This document shows, in pieces, positions 18,006-26,202 of a stretch of DNA of 32,000 nt. This stretch comes from Archaeoglobus fulgidus DSM 4304. Its GTDB lineage: Archaea; Halobacteriota; Archaeoglobi; Archaeoglobales; Archaeoglobaceae. Under the pieces are notes generated by a model. The model was not told where the DNA came from. It did not search any database and saw only the letters and a program-made list of their open reading frames with translations. The translations under genes were made by a program, and so were the position numbers. Numbering within the stretch: the stretch's first letter is position 1; every line of letters starts with the position of its first letter. The stretch covers positions 2,010,001 through 2,042,000 of the forward strand of contig NC_000917.1 in the NCBI RefSeq assembly GCF_000008665.1, in the 5' to 3' direction.

Positions 18006-18898
18006 TTTACCCTCTCCAGCAGCACAACTCTGCTCGGCTCGGACTCCCTTTTCACCTCATAGCCAGTGCTATCGGCAAGTTTTCTGGAGAACTCAACGAT
18101 GTCCGCATGCTCTGGCATGTTCCCCCACCTCAGCCTCAATCTGGAGTAGCCGAGATACATGTAAGCCTTCGCCTCGATGAAGTCGGGCTCGGCCATCTCT
18201 ATAAGCTCGGAATACTTTCTGATCGCTTCCTCGTCCATGTTGTAGCCCCTGATAAGAGTGAGCCTGATTACGGTTCTGCTGCCGCTGTCCCTCATGACCT
18301 CTAGACTCCTCAGTACCCTTTCCCAGTTCGACTTTCCGGGACGGTTGAGGACGAGATGGCTATCCTCATCAAAGGCCGTGAGGCTTAGATAGAGCTGAGT
18401 TGGCTTCACCTTCTCCAGCATATCGGGATTCGTCCCGTTCGTAACCAGGAAGGTCGTGAACCCCCTCTTTTTGTACTCCTCAATAAGCTCCGGCAGCATG
18501 GGGTAGAGAGTTGGCTCTCCGATAAGACTTATGGCAACCTGATTGGGCTCGTAAGCTTCCTCAAGCTTTTTCCTGTTAACACCCTCGGTTCCGTGAAATC
18601 CGCTGAGCAGGCGGTGTTGAGCCCTAATGCTTTCCTCAACAATGAACTCCGGCTCGTCCCATCCCCTGAAGCCTTTGAGAAGCTCAAGCGGTCTCCAGCA
18701 GTAGAGGCAGTTCTGGTTGCACATCAAGGCTGGAGTCATCTGAAGACAGCGGTGACAGCTGATTCCGTAAAACTTCTGCTTGTAGCACACTCCCTCATCT
18801 TTCAGCGATTTTTTAAGCCAGAGGCACGTTTTGACGGCTGAGTGCTTACCAACAATCTGGTATCCCTTGAGCTCGCTGAGCAGCTTCTCGTTCATCAT
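18002..18898 (-). CDS. taw1: 4-demethylwyosine synthase (radical SAM)
   Basis: 298 aa: CHRCLQMTPALMCNQNCLYCWRPLE...VAISLIGEPTLYPMLPELIEEYKKRGFTTFLVTNGT...FIEAKAYMYLGYSRLRL. Confidence 0.95.
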   Translation of the reverse strand: MMNEKLLSELKGYQIVGKHSAVKTCLWLKKSLKDEGVCYKQKFYGISCHRCLQMTPALMCNQNCLYCWRPLELLKGFRGWDEPEFIVEESIRAQHRLLSGFHGTEGVNRKKLEEAYEPNQVAISLIGEPTLYPMLPELIEEYKKRGFTTFLVTNGTNPDMLEKVKPTQLYLSLTAFDEDSHLVLNRPGKSNWERVLRSLEVMRDSGSRTVIRLTLIRGYNMDEEAIRKYSELIEMAEPDFIEAKAYMYLGYSRLRLRWGNMPEHADIVEFSRKLADSTGYEVKRESEPSRVVLLERVK

Positions 18899-18962
18899 AG
18901 CATGTAGGCAATTTCTGCTATTTAAATTTCATTAGGAAGAATTTTAAAGCTCCCCGAAAACT

Positions 18963-19157
18963 ATGTCTATGGAAAAACTCCCCCACCTTCTACGGCACTG
19001 GGTTGAGCATACCAAGGAGCACAGAGAGAGGTTTGAGGAGGTCGCAAGCAAGATAGAAAGCACTCATCCGGAGATTGCCAAAAAGCTTAAGGAGGCTGCG
19101 GAAAAATACAGAGAAGTCGAGGAGATTCTCAAAAAAGCTGTAGATATGGTAGGGTGA
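18963..19157 (+). CDS. Small helical protein of unknown function
   Basis: 64 aa: MSMEKLPHLLRHWVEHTKEHRERFEEVASKIESTHPEIAKKLKEAAEKYREVEEILKKAVDMVG; tightly linked (4-nt gap) to the next ORF. Confidence 0.72.
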   Translation: MSMEKLPHLLRHWVEHTKEHRERFEEVASKIESTHPEIAKKLKEAAEKYREVEEILKKAVDMVG

Positions 19158-19161
19158 CCGG

Positions 19162-19530
19162 ATGTTCAGCCTCAAGGTGGAGTCAGAGGAGGGGTTCTGC
19201 AAGATAAGGCTCTTCCCCGAGCATCCAGAGTTCTCAGTTGGAGGGTACGGAAGAGATGACATTCTTGTTTTCAAGGGTGCTCCCGTGAGCCTCTCTGCAA
19301 TTCAGAAAATGCTTGAAAGGGAGTTTGGGGATGTCATTGTCAACTTCAGGGAGAACTCAATAGAGATCGAAATGCAACGAATGGATTGCTCCCTCGTGAT
19401 CGAGGATGTTGCAAGCGCCATTAAAGAAATGATGGAAAGTGCCGCCAAGGACTTGGACAAGATAGAGGAAGTCATCAAGGAATCGCTGGAAAAGTATTTG
19501 AGAAGAGTTGGAGGAGACAACGGAAATTAA
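19162..19530 (+). CDS. Conserved-looking hypothetical protein
   Basis: 122 aa: MFSLKVESEEGFCKIRLFPEHPEFSVGGYGRDDILVFKGAPVSLSAIQKMLEREFGDVIVNF...; plausible composition, potential operon with 18963..19157. Confidence 0.72.
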   Translation: MFSLKVESEEGFCKIRLFPEHPEFSVGGYGRDDILVFKGAPVSLSAIQKMLEREFGDVIVNFRENSIEIEMQRMDCSLVIEDVASAIKEMMESAAKDLDKIEEVIKESLEKYLRRVGGDNGN

Positions 19531-19715
19531 CCGTTTCTCATCCTCAGGATTAAAACGGCAATCGATAAGGCTGCAGCAATTGTCGCGGAGTGCAGCAAGC
19601 TAAAACCGGAGGCTTTCAACACGATGAGGGCAATTGCGAATGTCATAACAACGGAACCGGAGATTGAGAGGCTCTGTAGCGACCTCATTAAATTTTCCCG
19701 CTGCTCATCTTTCAT
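19527..19715 (-). CDS. Small predicted membrane protein (two TM)
   Basis: 62 aa: MKDEQRENLMRSLQSLSISGSVVMTFAIALIVLKASGFSLLHSATIAAALSIAVLILRMRNG. Confidence 0.6.
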   Translation of the reverse strand: MKDEQRENLMRSLQSLSISGSVVMTFAIALIVLKASGFSLLHSATIAAALSIAVLILRMRNG

Positions 19716-19816
19716 TAGCTCTGATCATTGAGAGGTTCAATAAACCTTTTGTTTTAGCCATAGGTAACAAAAAGTAACAAACAAAACAGTACATTATTTA
19801 ACAAGCGATTTCTTCT

Positions 19817-19906
19817 TCAGCCGAGAATGCCCAGTTGAAGCGCAAGTAGCCCAAGCGCAACAACTGAAAGCATTACCACATCCTTTACTTCAACCACCGC
19901 TTTCAT
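19817..19906 (-). CDS. Possible 29-aa single-TM micropeptide
   Basis: Minus ATG at 19906: MKAVVEVKDVVMLSVVALGLLALQLGILG*. Hydrophobic stretch, in an otherwise noncoding gap; not in the supplied ORF track because of length. Confidence 0.35.
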   Translation of the reverse strand: MKAVVEVKDVVMLSVVALGLLALQLGILG

Positions 19907-19974
19907 ATTCTAATCTAGACCTCTGACTATTTAAATCTTTTCATTTTTATATTATTACAATAGTAATCATCATA

Positions 19975-20439
19975 ATGAGGTGTTCCGTCACTAAGTTTTT
20001 TTGCTCCACTGCTAAAAAGTCGCAGATGGTGGAACGGGTTAAAGATTACATGTACAAAAACGACAAACTCTTCGAGCTTCTCGATGCGAGGATTCTGGAG
20101 ATGAAAGAGGGGTACGCGAAGGTTGAAATGGTCGTAAAAAAGGAGCATCTGAACGCTGCCAACGTCTGCCACGGGGGCATTATTTTCTCCCTCGCCGACC
20201 TGGCATTTGCACTGGCAAGCAACAGCCATGGAAAGCTCGCTCTTGCCATTGAAGTCAGCATAACATACATGAAAGCTGCCTATGAAGGTGAGAAGCTCGT
20301 TGCTGAGGCTAAGGAGGTGAACCTCGGAAACAAAACTGCAACGTACTTGATGGAGGTCAAAAATTCAGCAAATAAGCTAATAGCCCTCGCGAAGGGTACG
20401 GTTTACAGAGTCAACGAAGACTTTCCGCCTACCTCTTAA
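19975..20439 (+). CDS. PaaI-like hotdog-fold thioesterase
   Basis: 154 aa: ...MKEGYAKVEMVVKKEHLNAANVCHGGIIFSLADLAFALASNSHGKLALAIEVSITYMKAAYEGEKLVAEAKEV. The real start may be the internal MVERVKDYM. Confidence 0.88.
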   Translation: MRCSVTKFFCSTAKKSQMVERVKDYMYKNDKLFELLDARILEMKEGYAKVEMVVKKEHLNAANVCHGGIIFSLADLAFALASNSHGKLALAIEVSITYMKAAYEGEKLVAEAKEVNLGNKTATYLMEVKNSANKLIALAKGTVYRVNEDFPPTS

Positions 20440-21022
20440 CGATGTTCACGAAGTTCTCCAGAATTCTCAGCCCTACCTTTCCGCTCTTCTCGGGATGGAA
20501 CTGAAAGCCGATGTAATTTTCCCTCTCAACTCCTGACGGAAAGTCAATTCCGTAGTCAGTTTTGGAGATTACAAACTCATCGTCGGTTTGCATGTAGTAG
20601 GAGTGCACGAAGTAGACGAACTCGCCGCTCTCAACACCGTCCAGAATTTCTGCTTCTCTCGTTATCTTTAAAGTGTTCCAGCCCATGTGCGGCACCTTTC
20701 CAACGCTGGGAGGGAACCTTACAACTCTCCCCGGAATGTAATCCAACCCCCTGTAAACACCACCTTCCGTGCTTTCTGTGGCGAAAAGCTGCATTCCAAG
20801 ACAAATACCGAGTATTGGGACTTCAAGAGAGTCGATAACGTCCCTGATTAGATTTAACTTTTCGATTGCTGACTTAAACGCACCAACGCCCGGAAAAACA
20901 ACTCCCGATGCACACTTTATTTTTTCCGGGTCGCTGGTAACAGACACTTTCGCCCCCACAGTCTCCAGCGCCTTTGAAATGCTCTTTAAGTTGCCCACAC
21001 CATAGTTGACTATTGCAATCAT
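20429..21022 (-). CDS. hisH: Imidazole glycerol phosphate synthase glutaminase subunit
   Basis: Starts at MIAIVNYGVGNLKSISKALETVGAKV; VFPGVGAF, ILGICLGMQLF, YFVHSYY, GFQFHPEKSG. The track ORF (337 aa) is over-extended upstream. Confidence 0.95.
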   Translation of the reverse strand: MIAIVNYGVGNLKSISKALETVGAKVSVTSDPEKIKCASGVVFPGVGAFKSAIEKLNLIRDVIDSLEVPILGICLGMQLFATESTEGGVYRGLDYIPGRVVRFPPSVGKVPHMGWNTLKITREAEILDGVESGEFVYFVHSYYMQTDDEFVISKTDYGIDFPSGVERENYIGFQFHPEKSGKVGLRILENFVNIVKR

Positions 21023-21070
21023 CGCAAGGGCTTGAGAAAAAGGATTAATTAAGGTTGTTCTACTCGACCC

Positions 21071-21859
21071 ATGTACAGAATCATCGAAGCCCCAAACTCT
21101 GGCAAGTATCCCTTCAGCCACAGTTTGCTGATTGGAAAAAGCTGCATTATTGACACAGGCTCCGGAGAAGCTCTTGCTCCGCTCAGGGTTGATTGCGTCC
21201 TCAACACACACTGGCATGAGGACCACATAGCGATGAACAGCATAGGGCGAAAGGTTCTCGCACACCCTCTCGACGCAGAGGCGATTGAAAGCTACGAGGA
21301 GTTCAGGAGAAGGTACGGTATCGGTGATTCGGTCAGACTTTTCATAAACTTCGAATTCGGACAGGTTGATGATGTTTTTGAGGATGGGGAGCAGCTGGAA
21401 TTTGAGGGGGTAAGCGTTGAAGTGATACACACTCCCGGGCACTCAGCAGGCCACTGCTGCTTTGTTATCAACAACGAAGCGGTATTTCTGGGTGATATAG
21501 ACCTCACGAGCTTTGGACCGTGGTACGGCTGCTTGGATTGCGATGTTGACGATTTCGTTAGGTCTGTAAAGAAGATGATGAGGGAAGTCGAAAGAAGAGA
21601 TATAGAGATCGCGATCCCCTCCCACGGAAGGCCCGTTTACGGCAAGGAGGAAATAATCGGTGCGATGCGGGAATACCTCAAAAAAATTTTTGAGAGGGAT
21701 AAGGCCATTAGAGAACTCGTGAGGTTAGGTGTTGATCCGGTCGGAAAAGGAATAATTTACCGGAAAATACCTGAGCCAAGAGAGATTTACCTGCACTTCG
21801 AAAAAATTATGGTGGAGAAGCACCTCACCACTTCTCTCGATGAATTCTGTCTGGATTGA
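21071..21859 (+). CDS. Metallo-beta-lactamase fold hydrolase
   Basis: 262 aa: IDTGSGEAL...VLNTHWHEDHIAMNSI...VIHTPGHSAGHCCFVI...VFLGDIDLTSFGPWYG. Confidence 0.9.
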   Translation: MYRIIEAPNSGKYPFSHSLLIGKSCIIDTGSGEALAPLRVDCVLNTHWHEDHIAMNSIGRKVLAHPLDAEAIESYEEFRRRYGIGDSVRLFINFEFGQVDDVFEDGEQLEFEGVSVEVIHTPGHSAGHCCFVINNEAVFLGDIDLTSFGPWYGCLDCDVDDFVRSVKKMMREVERRDIEIAIPSHGRPVYGKEEIIGAMREYLKKIFERDKAIRELVRLGVDPVGKGIIYRKIPEPREIYLHFEKIMVEKHLTTSLDEFCLD

Positions 21860-22349
21860 ACCTGTCATCGGCCTCGTAAAAGTCCTTTTCATCTTTGGGG
21901 TAGCCGAGGGAGACGACGCTGAAAACCACTATGTTTTCCGGAATGCCGAGCAGTTCCCTCAGAGCTTTCATTCTCTCCTCTCTCGGATAAACTCCAAGCC
22001 ATACGGAGCCTATGCCAAGGCACCTTGCTGCCAGCAGAATGTTCTCCGTTGCCGCACTGCAGTCCTGAACCCACATATCGTAGGGGTACTTTGAAAGCTT
22101 CGGGTCAGCGCAAACCACTATTGCCGCACTGGCGTTGGGCAGCATCTGACCGAAGGTGAAAGCTTCGCTCATTTTCTTCAGCATCTCCCTGTCTCTCACT
22201 ACTATGAAGTGCCAGGGCTGCTCGTTTCCCGCAGAGGGCGCGAGCATCGCGGCCTTGAGGATTTTCTCAATATCTTCATCGCTTATCTGCCTGTCTGAGT
22301 AAACTCTGATGCTCCTCCTGGTGTATATCATCTTAAGGCATTCTTCCAT
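21825..22349 (-). CDS. Nitroreductase family protein
   Basis: Start MEECLKMIYTRRSIRVYSDRQISDEDIEKILKAAMLAPSAGNEQPWHFIVVRDREM...GIGSVWLGVYPREE...SLGYPKDE. Confidence 0.92.
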   Translation of the reverse strand: MEECLKMIYTRRSIRVYSDRQISDEDIEKILKAAMLAPSAGNEQPWHFIVVRDREMLKKMSEAFTFGQMLPNASAAIVVCADPKLSKYPYDMWVQDCSAATENILLAARCLGIGSVWLGVYPREERMKALRELLGIPENIVVFSVVSLGYPKDEKDFYEADDRFNPDRIHREKW

Positions 22350-22391
22350 GATGGTAGGTGTGGCCAAAGTTAATAATACTTTCAGAAAATT

Positions 22392-23114
22392 GTGAGCATG
22401 GCGTGGACAACACCCTACTCGAAATCCGGAAGGTCGGCTCTCGTGCCTGCTGGGCCGTGGAGCTACGGTATGGAGGCCATATCCGTCCATGCGATGCTTA
22501 GCGGCTTTGAGGAGTTGCTGCCGGAAAACATGGAAAGTGAGGGGGAGGGGTATGTTTACTTTGCCGAAATCATCTCGCAAAGTCCGAACTTTCCCGAGCT
22601 CAACTACGAAGCTCCGGGACTGGTTCAGTACAGAGAGCTTGCCATATTCCTGAAGGTGAAATATGGCGGGAGAGTCCTCGCCTACTGCCCCTTTATGTAC
22701 GTTGACAACGATGTCTCACTGCTGAGAGGCTTTGTTGCCGGATTTCCAAAAAAGCTTGCTGTCATTGACATTACAAGGGAGCATCCTCTGCTTGAGCAGA
22801 AAAAATTCGGGGGAGTTGCGATGAGGGGCGGTTACGGCCTTGCAAAGATGGTGGTTGAGCCGATGGAGGAGGTCGAGTCCAATCCGCTTGACAGCTTTGG
22901 AAGCTGGATGCTCTACAGGTTTGCCGAACCTATGGGTGTAAAGGAGTTCGTGGAGATAGTTCCTGAGGTTAGCTACGCGAAAATCGAGAGAGGAAACGCA
23001 GAGCTGAAGCTTTACAGTGGGATAAACGACGAGTTGCCTGTTGTAAAGGAAATTCTTGGGGGTTACAGGTTCTCGGCCTTGCTCAAAATCAGGGAAATCA
23101 AAAAAGTTCAGTAG
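22392..23114 (+). CDS. Acetoacetate decarboxylase-like protein
   Basis: 240 aa: ...ELNYEAPGLVQYRELAIFLKVKYGGRVLAYCPFMYVDNDVSLLRGFVAGFPKKLAVIDITREHPLL..., resembling the ADC fold motif G(F/Y)PKKLA. Confidence 0.72.
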   Translation: MSMAWTTPYSKSGRSALVPAGPWSYGMEAISVHAMLSGFEELLPENMESEGEGYVYFAEIISQSPNFPELNYEAPGLVQYRELAIFLKVKYGGRVLAYCPFMYVDNDVSLLRGFVAGFPKKLAVIDITREHPLLEQKKFGGVAMRGGYGLAKMVVEPMEEVESNPLDSFGSWMLYRFAEPMGVKEFVEIVPEVSYAKIERGNAELKLYSGINDELPVVKEILGGYRFSALLKIREIKKVQ

Positions 23115-23872
23115 GGGAAGAACTCGAACCAGTCCGGTTCGTATTCCTCCACTCTGCCCAAATCAGAGAGCTTCAGCAAATCAGAGTCGATTGGAATTTC
23201 GGTAATAAACTCTATTTTATACTTTCTGGCCAGTTCCGATGCTTTACCTTCGCCAAAGAGGTACGTCCTCTCGCCGCAGTTGGGACACTCGAAGTAGGCC
23301 ATGTTCTCCACAATCCCCAGCACAGCCGTTTTCGTCTGCTCAGCCATCGTTATCGCCTTTTCAACCACCGCTGCGGTCAGCTCCTGAGGAGTTGAGACTA
23401 TAACCGCCCCGTTTGGCTTCGCATCCTGCATTACTGTGAGAGGCGCATCTCCCGTTCCCGGCGGAAGGTCAATCAGCAAATAGTCAAGCTCCCCCCAGGC
23501 AACTCTGCCGAGGAACTCCCTGATCATACCAGCAATCAAGGGCCCTCTCCAGATTACCGGCGTTTCCCGCTTGGGCAGAAGGAACTGGATGGACATTACC
23601 TTTATCCCAAGCCTTTGCGTCAGAACTGGCTCAAGGCCCTCGTCGCTCACGGCTACCTTTCCCTTCTCAAGACCAAAGAGGTGGGGAATGCTCGGGCCAA
23701 GAAAGTCGGCATCGAGAATTCCAACCTTCTTTCCCTGCTTGGCGTAATGCACAGCCAGCAAAGCTGTGACGGTTGATTTACCCACACCACCCTTACCGCT
23801 CATCACGGCAATTCTAAAACCTATTTTGTCGAGCCTCTCTTTGATATCCTCATCAGTAACTCTCTTCTGCAT
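23108..23872 (-). CDS. Mrp/NBP35-type P-loop ATPase (ApbC, Fe-S carrier family)
   Basis: 254 aa: IAVMSGKGGVGKSTVTALLAVHYAKQGKKVGILDADFLGPSIPHLFGL...LIDLPPGTGDAPLTVMQ...GIVENMAYFECPNCGERTYLFGEG. Confidence 0.94.
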   Translation of the reverse strand: MQKRVTDEDIKERLDKIGFRIAVMSGKGGVGKSTVTALLAVHYAKQGKKVGILDADFLGPSIPHLFGLEKGKVAVSDEGLEPVLTQRLGIKVMSIQFLLPKRETPVIWRGPLIAGMIREFLGRVAWGELDYLLIDLPPGTGDAPLTVMQDAKPNGAVIVSTPQELTAAVVEKAITMAEQTKTAVLGIVENMAYFECPNCGERTYLFGEGKASELARKYKIEFITEIPIDSDLLKLSDLGRVEEYEPDWFEFFPY

Positions 23873-23952
23873 AAAAACAAAAGTGAAAACTCGCTTTTTA
23901 AATTCATGTGTTTGTAAACTTCTTGCAGACCTCCCTATCGCAAAGCTCCGGA

Positions 23953-24360
23953 TTAGAGGGAGGGGAAGAGGATGTAAACCGGAACGGCCCAGCAGGCTGA
24001 ATTTCTGCAGAACTTGCTTACGCTGATTTCGGAGCAGCTGCTTTCGAGGTATATCCTGTAACTTGAATCCTCAACCTCGTAGGCCATCAGGAAGTCCTCC
24101 TCTTTTCCGATAATCTTGACGAGGACAAAAACCTTATTCTCCTGACGCTGCCTGCAGACCGCTACAACACCGTCGTCTATAAGTATGAGCTCCCCCTTCA
24201 TCTTGTCGAAATCCACAAACTTGATGTGGCTCAAAAACTTTTTAGACTTCTTATCGCTGAAAATTTCGGCGATATCCTCCTTTGTTAAAATCACGGGTTC
24301 AAAAACCACTCGCGACTCGGCAGTACCTCCCAGGTTGCAAATGCCGATTGCAGGTTCCAT
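23953..24360 (-). CDS. Hypothetical protein
   Basis: 135 aa; cysteines near N- and C-terminus, no family recognised. Confidence 0.55.
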   Translation of the reverse strand: MEPAIGICNLGGTAESRVVFEPVILTKEDIAEIFSDKKSKKFLSHIKFVDFDKMKGELILIDDGVVAVCRQRQENKVFVLVKIIGKEEDFLMAYEVEDSSYRIYLESSCSEISVSKFCRNSACWAVPVYILFPSL

Positions 24361-24537
24361 GTTGAGAAGTTGATGGTGGCATATAAAAAATTTTTTTATT
24401 TGTTTTGATTAAAATTTAATATCTCAGGTAATTTTTTAACTTCTGCAGTTAATTGTTAACTTGAAAGGTAAATTTTTGACTTTAATGGTTAAACAAAAAA
24501 GAAAAAGGTTAAAACTTAGTCAACCCAATTTGACAGC

Positions 24538-25305
24538 ATGGATACCTTTGAAGCTCTCGCATGTTCGGGGCAAAGGAAAGAGATTTTAAATATTCTTTCA
24601 ATCTCTCCGAAATCTATCAAGGAAATTAGCGAGCTAACGGGGATATCACCTCCCTTAGTTTCAAGACATTTGAAAAAGCTCGGTGAGCTGGGACTGGTTG
24701 AGAAAGACAACACCCGATACATTCTGACGGATAAGGGTTACTTCGTGCACCTCGCCCTTGAGAAGTTCAGAAGAATAGTGAGGGTGCTGGATAAAGATCC
24801 TGAGTTCTGGGAGATTCACGATTTCAGCGGCATTCCCGACGAATTCAAGCTGAGGATTGACGAGATTGGGGATTATGAGATACTGAGGAGTGACAAGGAT
24901 GAGGTGCTCAAGCACTACAGGGTGTTCTCCTCCATATACACTGAATCCGAAATAGTCAGGTTGGCTTCGGCCGTTTTCTTCCCCTCCCACCCGAAGATGT
25001 TCGCCGAGATAGCGGCAAAAGCCGATGTTGAGGTGATAATACCTTTGAAAGCTTTGAACACGCTTAAAAGCAAGTACAAGGAAGAATTGAAGCAGTATCT
25101 GGCTAATGGAGGTAAAATTTACAGAAACGATGACGTCAGGCTGACGGTTATTGTTACAGAAAGGGCATTATGCATGGGCTTCTTTCTTCGAGACGGAAAG
25201 TACGACACGGAAAGCGGACTGCTGAGCTTCGACGATACTGCGATTAGGTGGGGGTTTGACCTGTACAATTACTTCAAAAAGAGCGCCTTACCGGTTGAAT
25301 ACTGA
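24538..25305 (+). CDS. ArsR-like winged-helix regulator with FilR1/DUF1724-like output domain
   Basis: 255 aa: N-terminal wHTH ACSGQRKEILNILSISPKSIKEISELTGISPPLVSRHLKKLGELGLVEKDNTRYILTDKG, then a ~170 aa sensing-type domain. Confidence 0.85.
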   Translation: MDTFEALACSGQRKEILNILSISPKSIKEISELTGISPPLVSRHLKKLGELGLVEKDNTRYILTDKGYFVHLALEKFRRIVRVLDKDPEFWEIHDFSGIPDEFKLRIDEIGDYEILRSDKDEVLKHYRVFSSIYTESEIVRLASAVFFPSHPKMFAEIAAKADVEVIIPLKALNTLKSKYKEELKQYLANGGKIYRNDDVRLTVIVTERALCMGFFLRDGKYDTESGLLSFDDTAIRWGFDLYNYFKKSALPVEY

Positions 25306-25392
25306 GTGCTGTCAATTATCATAGAGACATAATCGTTTTAATGCAGAGATGTCGTAGTATATGTAGAAAGCAGTTGCTGGAAGTGAAAGGGT

Positions 25393-26115
25393 ATGGTAGC
25401 AATAGACTACGTGGTAATCGGTGCAGGTTATGCGGGATTGATGTGCGCCGAAGCCCTTATGGATAAGGGATTCAAGACTCTCGTATTTGACATGAGAGAA
25501 AGCGGAGGAGAAATCGTCGTATTCTCCAAGCTGGAGGAGTTCAGGTCGAAGTATGAAAAGTACATTGAAAAGATCGAGGAAATAAGAAAAGACATCCCGG
25601 TGGATATAGGGACTGTTATCAAATCTAAGCCTGTTATTATCAACTCAGGAAACGGTTTGAAGAGATACGAAGCGAGAAGAGTTATATTAGCCACAGGAGC
25701 CACTGACACCGCTCCCGTCAAGCTGAACGTTTTGAGCAAGAAGATTGAAGGTATTTACACGCTTGAAAACGCCTTAAGAGAGATTTCCGAGAACAACAAA
25801 ATAGGCGAAAAAGTGCTGATTGCAGCCAAGGATGACGTGATAGTTAAGCTCGCCGAATCTCAGCTAAGCGATCTTGGCTATGACGTGGAAATCAGCGAGC
25901 TCACGAACGATATTCAGGTAATAGGGAAGGAGAGGGTCGAGGGTGTGGAAATTTCTGGCGTGAGATACAGCTGCGACACTCTTGTCGTTTACGGGGGAAG
26001 GAACCCCTTCAACCCCCTCAAGCTGAGGGGCACTCCGGTTGGCAACGTTGTAACATGCACATATGACTATTCCAAAGTTGAGGAGAATGTAAAGAACTTT
26101 CTTGCAAAAATTTAG
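25393..26115 (+). CDS. Compact FAD-dependent pyridine-nucleotide-disulfide oxidoreductase-like protein
   Basis: 240 aa: DYVVIGAGYAGLMCAEALMDKGFKTLVFDMRESGG...RRVILATGATDTAP...GVRYSCDTLVVYGGRNP; second Rossmann glycine motif not apparent. Confidence 0.8.
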   Translation: MVAIDYVVIGAGYAGLMCAEALMDKGFKTLVFDMRESGGEIVVFSKLEEFRSKYEKYIEKIEEIRKDIPVDIGTVIKSKPVIINSGNGLKRYEARRVILATGATDTAPVKLNVLSKKIEGIYTLENALREISENNKIGEKVLIAAKDDVIVKLAESQLSDLGYDVEISELTNDIQVIGKERVEGVEISGVRYSCDTLVVYGGRNPFNPLKLRGTPVGNVVTCTYDYSKVEENVKNFLAKI

Positions 26116-26202
26116 AACTTTTTTACACCATAAGTTCAAGGATAACGAATAAAATGGAAAAACTTAATACATGTGCCACGGAGAGTGAAGCAGGTGATTA
26201 AT

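Noticed and set aside
20429-21442. 337-aa version of the hisH ORF
   Set aside because: The N-terminal extension has no HisH similarity and overlaps the oppositely oriented MBL gene; the true start is MIAIVNYG at 21022.
24380-24537. Repeated GGTTAAA/GTTAAC-like words upstream of the ArsR/FilR-like regulator
   Set aside because: Could be autoregulatory sites, but the region is very AT-rich and I could not show the words exceed chance.
26173-26202. Upstream ATG (MPRRVKQVIN) for the fused HCDH/ECH gene
   Set aside because: It sits only about 10 nt from the TATA-like element, leaving no room for a transcription start; ATG at 26203 fits better.
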